Source: Octopus sinensis (lineage: Eukaryota). Taken from it: a DNA stretch of 64,000 nt. The notes beneath the pieces were generated by a model, which worked only from the letters and a program-made list of their open reading frames with translations, was not told the origin of the DNA and made no database searches. Below, piece after piece: positions 50,749 to 63,594 of this stretch. Location of the stretch: positions 26,350,001 through 26,414,000 of the forward strand of contig NC_043014.1 of the NCBI RefSeq assembly GCF_006345805.1, read 5' to 3'. Each line of letters opens with the position of its first letter. Position 1 is the stretch's first letter. Position numbers and translations under genes: made by a program.

Positions 50749-51030
50749 CCGTGCTCGACAAGGCTATCAGATGTTTGCTACACATCTCTAGTCCAATGCG
50801 CTTCGGATTTTTTTAGCCTTCAAATGACGCCACCCTGCTGGCTAAGCGAGCAGGCCAACACAAGAAAAATGAGATAATTTGTGGCGAAAGAGTACAGCAG
50901 GGATCGCCACACCACCCTGCGGGAGCCTCAAAACACTCAATAAACACTCAAAACGCCTGCTCCGGAATCGAAACACGATCCTACGACCGTGTGACCGCTG
51001 CCCTAACACTACTGGGCCATTGCGCCTCCA
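50749..51030 (-). mobile_element. SINE family B (duplicated copy)
   Basis: As 46077-46362. Confidence 0.8.
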
Positions 51031-51994
51031 CACACACACACACCACACCACACATATATATCCACATTTTACAGATTGATAGATCTGTGAAATGACATTT
51101 TTATTCCCGTTCATTATAGATAATATAAAAAAAAACGTTCAGTGGAATTCTCAGTTACGAATTAACCCTCGGGCATAAAAATTTTTTTTAAATCCCATTC
51201 GTGATATGAATTACTACAGATTTAGAAAAAACAATTATCTACCAGATATTTTTTAACAGCGTCATGTTATAGGTTCATCGGATCTCCTACCAGTCTCTTA
51301 TAATGGCTATTGTTTTTAGACATTGCGCACTATAATCAAATACTTTCGTTGAATAAATATAAGACATGCTACATTGGTGCAATTCACGTAAGTACATTTT
51401 CGCTTTCAGCTCACTAATTTTTTCAACAACACCCAAACAATATGAAGGGTACTGAAACAACATAATTTAGCTGACACCGAATTAAACTTATTCTTTGGAG
51501 GAATGTTTTAACTGTCAGCTAGTAGAAAGTAGCATTGGACATATTCGGTCGGACAAAATTTATATTTGTAGAAATATATAAAGAATAAAAATATTATAAT
51601 TTGTATAAACTGTCATGATGTGTATGAGAGAAAGAGAAGAGAGAGAGAGAGAGAGCGAAAGGGGAGAGGAAGAGGAGGAGGAGGGGAGAGAAAAACGAAG
51701 ATCAAATAGTGTAAAATATCATAAAACCTCTATCAGTCTTATAGTGATTGAAAGAGCCATTTCACACTGAATTAAAATTAGTTTTCTGAGGTTAAATCTG
51801 TAGTTGAAATCCTTTAGTACTAAAAGAAGCCTGAGAATTCATTTTAACAATAAAAGATTTTTGAAATTAGAATTTTTAAGAATTTTTTAGGAAGCGTAGA
51901 CTTTAATAATTGCTTTTCCTTTCGTAAAAGTTGCATACTCATAATTAATATGCAACTTCCGATGTTTACAGCAGGGCTTGAAGAAAGGTGTGTA

Positions 51995-52700
51995 GCGCGT
52001 GATCGTCGCATTGACCATGAAGAGAAAGTTGAATGGAGTATCTGCATCAGATTTTGTCAAAGCTTGACCATACCTGCTCAGAGGCCAACGCAAAGTTTTC
52101 AAAAATGTTTCATCGTTCTCGACACAATCAAAGAGTTCTTGTATAACTGAAACCCGAGTGACTATTTGGTCATCTGAAAGCAGTTTTGGCGTCTCATACC
52201 CAAATCTTCAGTGATTATAGACTGAAGTGAACCGTAACTAATCTTTACACCTTTTGATAACTCACGGATGGTGATTCGACAATTTCTCCTCACCGATGCA
52301 TGCATATCTGCGATGTTTATCTCAGTTCTGCTGGTTGCGAGTCTCCCAGAACATTCGTCAATATCGACATTTTTCGGTCAACTTGGAAACGTCTGTACCA
52401 CTCGTACTGTTCGTACGGCTCATATTCTCCTCTCCATACAGTTTCTGCTACTTTGTGTAGGCCCCTGAGCAGGTGTCGCCATGACAACTGTCTCTCTCAT
52501 GGTCAATACGACGATTACACGCTACACAATTTCCTTCCAAGCAGTGCTGTAAACAGCGGAAGTGAGTGAGAACGTTAGATCATAATGCGCATGTACAGAA
52601 ATTTTTTCACAGTCAGTCTGTGCCAAACAGCTTTATTGCGCATGCTTTAGCTTCGTTACTAAGCAACAGTCTGGATATTTATTGATCAGACCTCATACAA
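51995..52700 (+). mobile_element. Mariner-like remnant, duplicated copy retaining a right-end-like sequence
   Basis: Same N-terminal motif; ends ggatatttattgatcagacctcata. Confidence 0.55.
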
Positions 52701-52784
52701 CAAAACGTGAAAGTTATGAGTAAACAAGCCGAAGAGTATGAATTATCCTAAACTCTTCCCCACAAAATTTTCTGAACATTTTGA

Positions 52785-53352
52785 TATAATCGTGATCTAC
52801 ATAGATTGTAATTATATCAAAAATTGATGTGAAAGAGACTTGTAGAATGTTTCGATTAAATATACCCATTTTTATAAAAGTTATGAGGAAACAAAATCGA
52901 GATCTGGGAATTATCCGAAACTTTTCACTCTTCAGCCCCGAATAAAATTTCCGTTTTGAATTCCTCTACAATCGTAATCTAAACTATATGATTCGTATTT
53001 GAAGAAAATTTCATTAAAAATATCAATTTTTTAGAAAGCTATGAGGAAACAAACTCGGGTGGTGGACACTTTCTTAGTGATACCGAAATATAAACAGAAA
53101 CTTTAAAAACCACTATCTCGAAATGTATAAGAATTAGAGTCGCAGTAAATAAAAATTTGTTTTTGGAGTGACTGAAGAAGGTCGAGTTTTCAACGTGAAA
53201 ACCACATATTCAAGAAAATGTATTGAATTTGAAATATATAAAAAGTTAGGAGTCCAAACGAATTACGAAGCGGCTTTCATTATTATAGTCTCTCTGTAAC
53301 TCACTCCCTCTCTCTCTACCTCTGTGTACATTCATACACACACACACACGCA
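52785..53352 (+). repeat. Right inverted arm
   Basis: Reverse complement of 49745-50349, lacking a ~40-nt segment present in the left arm. Confidence 0.9.
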
Positions 53353-53363
53353 TATATATATAT

Positions 53364-53396
<33 letters not shown>

Positions 53397-53530
53397 CTCA
53401 AAGAGCAATAAAGATTCAAGTTAATTTAAAAAAATTTACTTGAATATGGTACCTAACTTAGATGCACCAAAAAAAACTATACTGATTTAACAATACAGTA
53501 ATGTGGGGTGATTATAAGCGAGAAAGAAGC

Positions 53531-53580
<50 letters not shown>

Positions 53581-53741
53581 AGGCTCGCTTCGAGATTTGC
53601 ATTCCCTTGCGTTCGGTACAAAATATGTTTATTATGGTATTTTTTCACTTTAAGAGTCCCTCTTAGTGTGAGACATTTACGTATAGATATAAATAAATAT
53701 ATTTAAAGTGAATAATAAAGTTTCCCTTATGAGGTTTTTTC

Positions 53742-53883
53742 ACTCTAGTACTTATTCTATCGGTCTCTTTTGCCGAACCACTAAGTTACGGGGGCGTAAA
53801 GACCAACATAGGTTGTCAAGCGATGTTGGGGGACAAACACAGACACACAAACATATACACACACACGTACATACAAACACATA

Positions 53884-53914
<31 letters not shown>

Positions 53915-53919
53915 CACAC

Positions 53920-53954
<35 letters not shown>

Positions 53955-54135
53955 TATATATATATATACATATATACGACGGGCTTCTTTCAGCTTCCGT
54001 CTACCAAATCTTCTCACAAGGCTTTGGTTGGCCCGAGGCTATAATAGAAGGCACTTGCTCAAGGTGCCACGCAGTGGGACTGAACGCGGAACCTTGTGGT
54101 TCGTAAGCAAGCTACTTACCACACACCCACTCCTA
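53742..54135 (-). mobile_element. SINE family A
   Basis: Tail piece, microsatellite and head in reverse orientation. Confidence 0.8.
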
Positions 54136-54136
54136 C

Positions 54137-54191
<55 letters not shown>

Positions 54192-54516
54192 GTGTGTGTA
54201 TGTCTATAAATATACCTATATAAATAAACACGCATACACACACTCACATATAAATGTGTGTGCTTGTGTGTGTGTCTGTATGTGTGTGTTCCCCACCGAT
54301 CGTCTTGGGTATACAGATCGATTAACATATATATACGTTAATCCGTTTGTACTATTAAATTGTCAAGTGTGAATAAATATTTATTTTATGTATAAATGGA
54401 CTATTGATGTACTTTAAATATTTATGCTTATGGTATAGAAAAATGTATCTTATTTGTATAGAAATAAAGATGCTGAGCTGCCAGAATTGAAGCACGGTGG
54501 ATGAAATGCTTAGCGG

Positions 54517-54578
<62 letters not shown>

Positions 54579-54864
54579 ATGTACATTTAAACAGAAGTGA
54601 AAATACCCATAACATGTAATTTTATACGCTAGAAGTAGCCAAAATGAACAAAACCACATTTCAGAGCAATTTTCGAAGGGAATGAACAATAAAAATTTTT
54701 ATCTTGTTATTTTCTTTTAGCGTGTAAAATTACCTCTTATGGCTAGTTTCTCTGGTGTTTTACACTATTTTATATTGAGAATATGTTGTCTATTGAGTTT
54801 CTATACATGCTAGGCCACTGGTAGTGAAATTTCTAAAAATATTCCCTACTCTATATAATTCTAC

Positions 54865-54942
<78 letters not shown>

Positions 54943-54943
<1 letters not shown>

Positions 54944-56283
54944 TATAGACCACATTTCTGGCTTTACAGTTTGTTTGTGGGCTAAATCTACATACAGTGC
55001 AATAGTTATCCGTACAGAGAGTTCTACTAAAAGATAGGTTCTACCAATTATAGATCTGATAGGGTTGCCTGGCTTTTCAGCAAATAGCTAACTCCATCCA
55101 CCAGAGTATTAAGGTCACAATAGACTACCCCACTAAACACCCCAACCATAGACTACCAGTACTAGACACTGAACTCTGGCTAGAAATTGTGAAAAATAAA
55201 ACCCAAATCCTTCATTCATACTATACAAAACCTATGGCCTCAAAATACCTGATCCACCGGAACTCAGCCATTGCGGGCAATGCCAAATTCAATATTTTGA
55301 TGGCAGACCTCGTCAGAATAATGAGAAATGTGTCACGCATGTGCGAGCCTACAGAATTAAAGAGACACGTACAGTATTTCATTCACCGCATGCAGTTCTC
55401 AGGTTACAGCCATAAAGAAAGGATCAGAGTATACAAAGGAGCCATGAAGAAATTTGATAATATATTATGTAATGATAGGAATGGGATTTGCCCACTCTAT
55501 AGGAACAAGTCATGGAACACTATAGAAAGGACAAAAAAGAAAATAGGGAAGGCCAACTCTTGGTATGATAGCCATAAATACCAGAGTGTCATGTTCGTTG
55601 ACACCACCCAGGGAGGTGAACTGGCGTACCGCTTTAGAAGGACCCTAGATAAACTTAAACTAAGAATTAAGGTTGTTGAAAAGCCTGGCAACCCTATCAG
55701 ATCTATAATTGGTAGAACCTATCCTTTTAGTAGAACTCTCTGTACGGATAACTATTGCACTGTATGTAGATTTAGCCCACAAACAAACTGTAAAGCCAGA
55801 AATGTGGTCTATAGTATAAGATGTATAGAGGGACGATGCAGTAACAAGACAGTAACATACGTAGGGGAAACAGCAAGAAGCATTGGAGAGCGGGTGAATG
55901 AACATTGGAGACAACTCAAGGAAGGTAAAAGCTCATCGATTCTGTACCAACACGCCGAACAAGAACACGGGGGATCAATCAATAACATAGAGATTAAGAT
56001 ATTGTCCACACATAGAACAGATGCAACAATTAGACAAATTACAGAAGCTACACATATAATAGAAAATAAACCTAGCCTGAATAGAAAACTAGAATGGGAC
56101 AATAGCACACACCACAACATATGACGATAGTGGATCCTGCAAACATAATAAATACACATATAATTAAAGAAATAGAAATGAATAACTATATATATGTATG
56201 TGTGTATATGTGTGTATATGTGTGTGTGTATATGTGTATATATATGTGTATATATGTATATGTATATATGTATATATGTGTAT

Positions 56284-56340
<57 letters not shown>

Positions 56341-56800
56341 ATGTATATATATGTATATATATATATATATATTTTTTTTTTTTTTCGATTAGATTTATTA
56401 TTATTATTACTAATATTGTTGTTATACATACATACAAGCATATGTAATGATAATAATGGGTGGATGTAAACACATGAACAAAGTTAGAACAAAAGCAACA
56501 ACAACAAAAACAAAATACAAATTACAAGAATGTATATAACCAGAAGATACAAATATTACAGGCATCCCCCCCACACACACACTAAATAAACATAGACGCA
56601 CATAGTGATATAAGCATGCGCAAATGAAGACATACAATAGAAATACAAAATGGCTGACGGTTAGTAAGGAGAGACACAAGTAAGTGAGAAGAAAACAAAG
56701 GACCACTGATGCGGTCACAGGAGTGTGACGAAAGAACTTTGGCCGAAATAAGATTAAGATTAATGTAAAAAATAAATATCACTGAAGCAAAATAACACCA
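54943..56800 (+). mobile_element. Penelope-like element, 5'-truncated, with an open 311-aa C-terminal frame (RT thumb, Cys linker, GIY-YIG)
   Basis: [44 protein letters not shown] and RQITEA..I..PSLN (55189-56124). Inverted internal piece at the 5' end; hammerhead-like motif at 56700-56744. Confidence 0.92.
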
Positions 56801-56916
56801 AATATATAGTGCGTGTGTTTTTATTGGCTAAACTGGCAATATGACCATTCCGAAATATAACAATATATATATATATATAGATATAGATATATATATATAC
56901 ATATATATATACGTAG

Positions 56917-56977
<61 letters not shown>

Positions 56978-56980
<3 letters not shown>

Positions 56981-57325
56981 TCTTTTACTCTTTTACTCGT
57001 TTCGGTCATTTGACTGCGGCCATGCTGGAGCACCACCTTTAGTCGAGCAAATCGATCCCGAGACTTATTCTTTGTAAGCCCAGTACTTATTCTATCGGTC
57101 TGTTTTGCCGAACCGCAAAGTGACGGGGACGTAAACACACCAGCATCGGTTGTCAAGCAATGCTAGGGGGGACAAACACAGACACACAAACACATACACA
57201 CACATATATATATACATATATACGACAGGTTTCTTTCAGTTTCCGTCTACCAAATCCACTCACAAGGCATTGGTCGGCCCGGGGCTATGTGGTTGGTTAG
57301 CAAGCTACTTACCACACAGCCACAT
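56978..57325 (-). mobile_element. SINE family A with an internal deletion in the head
   Basis: Tail, core and head on minus; ~60 nt missing between ggggcta and tgtggttgg. Confidence 0.8.
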
Positions 57326-57330
57326 TATAT

Positions 57331-60300
57331 ATTGGTAAAAACGGTAAGATAACAAAAGAAAGAGACCTCAATATCATGTAAATAGAGGAAATTTATCGGT
57401 AAAATAATATGTGACAATTATTCAATAGCCAAGATAAAACCTTGAGTTTCGGATGCCGAGGTGGAAATCCACAACATCATCTCTTCGGTTATCTGGCCAT
57501 CTGAAAAACGCTATGAAAAAAGACCGTTATACAAAGGGAAATTACTGTGTTATAATTCCGCAACTTATATAAATTAAGGTTAAAAGTTCATAGTAAACAC
57601 GTAAGTTTGCCTACTCATACGCTCACATGTACGCTCGCGCATCCACGTGCGTACGTATACGTTACTATGAAAACGTACACATCTTCACTCGCATTTCGCC
57701 AAATGTATACGCATATATATACAAACTTATACACACACACGCGTACCGTAAAGGTTCATACATACGTCTATATACGCACAAGCACAAGAAAAAACATGGT
57801 TAAAAGTAACAATACAGAAAAAAACAACAATACAGAAAAAAACAAAAAACATAACTAAGTATACAAAGCGTAAAACCACGTTCATATACGGTCATGCCAT
57901 TGTGCACGCATACACACACGCCCATATATGTACATACCCGGACATGTTTATATACGCATACACAAAAAAAGGATTATACATACGCCCAAAAAAAACGAAT
58001 AAATTGTAAAATACTAAGTAAAAACATCTATATATATATATGTATTCTTATGCCCGCATACACGCAGACATCTATACACATACATACCCGCCCACTCATA
58101 CATATTCACACACGCGTACAAATGAATCTATATACACGTCTATATAGGCACAAGAAAAATGCAGGATGGAAGAGTACAGAAAAAATTATGTGTAAAAATA
58201 TAAAAATATAACGTAAAGTATACTAGCCATCTCAAGATGGCTAGTGCACCTTACGTTGTCGAACTGTTACTGTTTACATCTCGTTCAGATATTTATTATT
58301 GCTATAAAAATATATGAAAAAATAAAAGGTATAATGCGATAAAAAAACTTTTTTGGACATAATATAGAAAGCAAATTTTATCTGTATTCTTGTGGGGACC
58401 AAAAACGTAACAAAAATTTTGTCACATGTGGGCTTGATCCGAAAAGTTCTTTCCTTGAGTTTAGACATGTAGTAGGGTCTAAACTGCTTTTCCAGATAAG
58501 CCATCTCTCCATGTCGCATAGACCGCACTTTCCGCTGCCGTTGGTGTAGGGCTTACATTTGGCCAAAATCTTCCAATGGATGTTGTAATTGACACCTTTA
58601 TCTTTTAATGACCAAATAGGATCGGATAATTTTGTCGCTTTTCTTTTGTTCCAGTGCCTAAAACTCAAAGTGTGGTTATTGAACCTGGCCTTGAAATTAC
58701 CCTCTGTAAGGCCCACGTATTTCTTCGTCGAAACGGTGTCTTTAGTGGTTATAGAGTCCACGGTAGCTTCATAGATGATGGTCTCGGACATGCTAGCTCC
58801 ATTTAGCGGGCACAATTTTTTCTTCCTGCATGAACAGCTGTTTTCTTGTTGTGTTTTTTGTATGTTATGTTTGATTATGTTTTTAAAATTGGTAGTGGAA
58901 CTAAAACTAATTTTTAAATTGTGTCTATTGAAGAGTTTCCTATAAGTATGGTTAACTGGAAAATGTCTATCTATCAGTGCCAGGAAATATTTACCTATAT
59001 TGAAGGCCACCTCGGGTGAGTAAACCAGATGATCTTCCTATTTCTATTTTTCCTCTTCTTTACTGTTTGGCTAGTAACAGGTGTATATTTTATTTTTTCG
59101 CTAAAACCACTATCTTTTAAAGCCTTATTATATACTGGGGCAACGATATTAAAAATGTCCTTATCGGAGGAGAGGCTAGAAATTCTCTTACTAATATTTT
59201 AAACTAAATTTTTGAATACTATAGGGGGATGGCATGAACCTACATTAATATAACTAATTCTATCATTGGGCTTCATATAAGGCTTATAAATGTTCTTATT
59301 TAGATCTAAGGAAACGTCTAGGAAATTGACAACCTTCAGGTTAGTATCTATAGTTATGCTAAGTCCGAAGTATTTCATTAAATGGATAATTTCCTTCCTA
59401 AATCGATCCTGTGCTGGTCCATTTGTATTAGCGGTTAAAGCAAAGGCATCATCTTTGTAGATAGCGAAATATACGTCAGGAAAGGTCTTACCTAATGTAT
59501 CTAGTAGAAAAAATCCAATAAGATCGCATATGCCTGCTCCATCATATGACCCCATGCTCACATCGAAAGCACCCTCTGTGTCGGTATTTTTGACCCACTC
59601 TGCGTTCTCGCTGAAAAGTAAAGTCCTTCTAGCATGGAAGATTATATCCTTATCCTGTGTACTGATTTCTATGAAATCGCTAGCGAAGACGAGGGCGTTA
59701 TCCAGCAGTTCTTTAGAGGTAGAACCATAAAAACCAACAATATCGAATTGTGTAAACCACGCTTTTTTCTTATTCTTAATAGCTTTAAACCAGTCTACGA
59801 CTTCTATACTATTGGACCATTGTACTAGCCTAGTAGCGGTCTTAATTTTTGCATTTATTTTATCTAAAATTTCTTTACTAATAATCCCAAGTTCTGACTT
59901 AGCTGGGTGATAAGCCTACATTTAGGGTTGGAAAGGAAGTTCTCTTTGTGGTCTTTGATTGTAATAAAGGGTTCTTTTTGGGAAGGACTTCAATTATTTT
60001 ATCTAATTTAAGTTTAGCGGCGATAACTCTAGCTTCTTTATTAATTTCATTATAGGTCTGTGGCCTAGCCTTGGTGTAATTATTAATTATTAATGATGCT
60101 GTTGTGTAAGAGTTGTGAATCTTTGGACAAAACCAAGAACTTGTACCTGGTAGGTACAAGTTCTTGGTTTTGTCCGAAAAAAATGCTTTTTTTCTTGGAG
60201 CTTGTTACATATTTTATATCTTTTTTCAATTTATGTTGGAAATTGTTAAAAGACTTACGAAATTTTATTTTATTCATAAGTTTCAATAGATCCGCTTGGA

Positions 60301-61236
60301 AATCTTCCAAGCCTTTGATCTTGGGAGGGAATTTTTTTAGATTTTATACGATAGAAAGTATTTTCCATGGTGTCCACTTCTGTATTAAAAAAGAAAGCTT
60401 TCCATCTCATGCGCTTAATTAGATCAGTAATTTTCTCTAAAAGTTTCTTTGAATATAGTTCCCTTTATGGTATTGGTATGTTTTTCGGACGGCTATGTAA
60501 TAAGCGTCCATATTAAATTCTTCTGTATGTTAGAGTCCTCAACCGATGTTTGGCGATTATCAAAAAAAGCCGTATTAGCTCTTAGTGAAGAATAACGTCG
60601 TTCGGGAGGTAATTTATTGGTAAAAACGGAAAGATAACAAAAGAAAGGAAGAGACCTCAATATTATGTAAATAGAGGAAATTTATTTGTAAAATATGTGA
60701 CAATTATTCAATAGCCAAGATAAAACTCTGAGTTTCGGATGCCGAGGTGGAAATCCACAACACCATCTCTTCGGTTATCTGGCCATCTGAAAAACGCTAT
60801 GAAAAAAGACCGTTTCTGTATTGTTACCTTTAACCATGTTTTTCTTGTGCTTGTGCGTATATAGACGTATGTATGAACCTTTACGGTACGCGTGTGTGTG
60901 TATGAGTTTGTATATATATGCATATACATTTGGCGAAAAATACGAGTGAAGATGTGTACGTTTTCATAGTGACGACTATACATACGCACGTGAGTGCGCA
61001 AGCGCACATGGGAGAGTATGAGCAGGCACTCTTACGTGTTTACTATGAACTTTAACCTTAATTTATATAAGTAGCGGAATTATAACACAGTAATTTCCCT
61101 TTGTATAACGGTTTTTTTTCATAGCATTTTTCAGATGGCCAGATAACCGAAGAGATGGTGTTGTGGATTTCCACCTCGGCATCCGAAACTCAGAGTTTTA
61201 TCTTGGCTATTGAATAATTGTCACATATTATTTTAC

Positions 61237-61238
<2 letters not shown>
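57331..61238 (-). mobile_element. Near full-length Penelope-like element with direct and inverted pseudo-LTRs
   Basis: Minus ORF remnants ~60510-58378: IKRMRWKAF, DKTKNLY, QFDIVGF, FDVSMGSYDGAGICDLIG, IYKDD, VNFLDV, ETIIYEA..KKYVGLTEG. pLTR 57331-57830, direct partial copy 60616-60814, inverted copy 60815-61238. Confidence 0.95.
61138..61207 (+). ncRNA. Type I hammerhead-like motif (U4C variant) in the inverted pLTR; sense copies on minus at 57428-57497 and 60714-60783
   Basis: AGAUAA-CCGAAGA-GAUG..CAUC-C-GAAA-CUCAGAG-UU^UUAUCU. Stems I, II and III can all form. Confidence 0.55.
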
Positions 61239-61303
<65 letters not shown>

Positions 61304-61345
61304 CAATAAATGGTTGGGTTGTGTTGACCGCACGTAGAGAAATAA

Positions 61346-61696
61346 TAGGGAAGGAAAAATTCTAAAAAGGCAGAATGCTAAATTGAAGATAAATTTTAAT
61401 GAAAATGGGTGTATGGAAAATTTTAAAAAAAATTACACAATATGTATATATTAATTCAAACCGGTTTTCGTGCAATGCGACTTTTCAAGAATTGTAAGGT
61501 GAAAAGAAAAATGTTTTCCCCCTCCTCAATTATAAAAAAAATTTTCTTTTCACCTTGCAATTATTGAAAAGTCGCATCGCGACGAAAACCAATATATATA
61601 TATTGTGTTAATTTTTTTAAAATTTTCCATACACCCATTTACATTAAAATTTACCTTCAAGTTAGCATTCTGCCTTTTATAATTTTTCCTTGCCTA
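61346..61696. repeat. Fold-back / MITE-like inverted repeat (~160-nt arms, ~30-nt loop)
   Basis: 61346-61511 and 61542-61696 are diverged reverse complements. Confidence 0.85.
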
Positions 61697-62051
61697 TATA
61701 TATATAGGCACACGCAGACATACACGCGAGACTGTTTCGTATTCATTGCGTTCAGTCTAGCATTTATTAGCCTCTACAGAGCAAGCAGTAAAACCAGAAG
61801 CAGAATATAATTGACGTGTATTTGTATGTATGTATGTATGACAGAATGTATGTATGTATGTGTGCGTGTATTTGTGTGTGTATATGTGTTCGTGTCGCTG
61901 TATATGTGTGTGCTTGTATATATGAGTGGATTGAAAGAAGTTTAACAGAAAGAAGTTCAAATGTTTCTTTTCAATTCATGATTGAGCAATAACCCTGGGA
62001 TTAAAGACACAGGGGCACACACACGCACACTCACATACAAACACACAAACA

Positions 62052-62106
<55 letters not shown>

Positions 62107-63507
62107 ACATATATGCATAGGCACTTGTAAAATTCATTCTTCCGCCGAGGCAGCAAAAACTGTTCTATACAAACGAACAAATAAGAAATTGGTAACAGAG
62201 GATACCAACATCTGACAGTGAATCATCAAATGAATTTCGTTGATCCTATGACAAGTCCTCATTTATACATCCGAAAATCTGTGGATGAGAGCAAAGCGGA
62301 GGAACAAGAAGGAATGTGGAACTTTATGTTCACTCAATGGCAGTTATTTGGTCGCGTTTATGTGGAGACAAAAATATGCTAATGGTAATATTTTCAACAA
62401 TATAATTAGTCAAATTCGTGAAGTTTAACCTGTTTTAATGCTTAACTCCTATTAACCAACTGCTCCCGCTTGAGGACAGTTCAAATACATTTTTTCATCT
62501 ATTGTTTGTTACATATTCAATTGTATATGTTTTAGCTGAAATACATTTATTTACTGCAATAAATGGATTCTTGTTAAATGGATTCTTCAGTAAGTTTTTT
62601 TTTATCCCTATTTATATAACTATCTTCAGAATTTCGACAGAAATCGCAACAGCATCCGAAGCTTTTAAAAAAATAATTATCGATTCAAGAAATGGGAGGG
62701 GAGAGGGAATTGAAGACTGTTTGGCTACCAGCGTTTCAAAAATAAAAATTTATCGAAAATGTTTAAATTGGCACAATAATGTACTATTCCAAGCTAAATT
62801 TATGGAATTCTTTCACTTTTTCCAGAAAAATAAAATTCGATAGACACACACCTACACACACACGCACGCACGCGCACACGCACGCGCACACACACGCGCG
62901 ACCGCGGCAAAGGCTTCTCTCGTGGATTTTAAGTGCATAGGGCCAAAATCATTAGGCAATATCGGCCAGGATGATGGGGCAGAGGTAAAAAAAAAATCAT
63001 GAATTTTCAAAAATTCACCATCACCACCACCACCACCACCACCAACACATCATCTCCGAGGCCTGAGTCAATAAATATAATTCGGAAAATCCCTGTCAAA
63101 CAGAGAAAATTAGACTTATATGGGAACCCTGACCCTAAATTCCATCTCAATAATTTCTTCTCCTTAACTACATGATGCGTAAATGTATGGATTTTGATAT
63201 TTTACCTACAAATTCAGATATAGAAAGTATATAGAGCAACAATAATGCAGAAAGAAAAGAGTTAAAATATTTAGTTTTAAGAATTATTTCTCGTTGTCAG
63301 GCCATTTGTTGAAGGAAAGAAGTATTAGGAGATAATGTTCCTAATTTTGTTTTTTTATCTCCTATATAGAAATGATACTATAAGGTTGTAAGGGTGATTA
63401 ATACTATTTTTCTGGCTTAAAGTTATATCAACCATTGCAGGTGGGCCCAATTAGTCTCTTGGCAACCCATATTTTTAGACACAGTCAGCCACTGTGTGTG
63501 TGTGGGA

Positions 63508-63593
<86 letters not shown>

Positions 63594-63594
63594 G

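Larger units (their letters stand above)
50349..52803 (+). repeat. Segmental duplication copy 2
   Basis: Many 1-nt indels relative to copy 1 in the 5' half, substitutions in the 3' part, and ~190 nt extra at 52593-52785. Confidence 0.92.

Noticed and set aside
53172-53202. CTGAAGA...GAAAC spacing (and its inverse at ~49930-49965)
   Set aside because: No stem II, stem I or NUH site.
62230-62382. 50-aa non-repetitive ORF (MNFVDPMTSPHLYIRKS...)
   Set aside because: No recognisable motif, splice partners or homology; too short to support.
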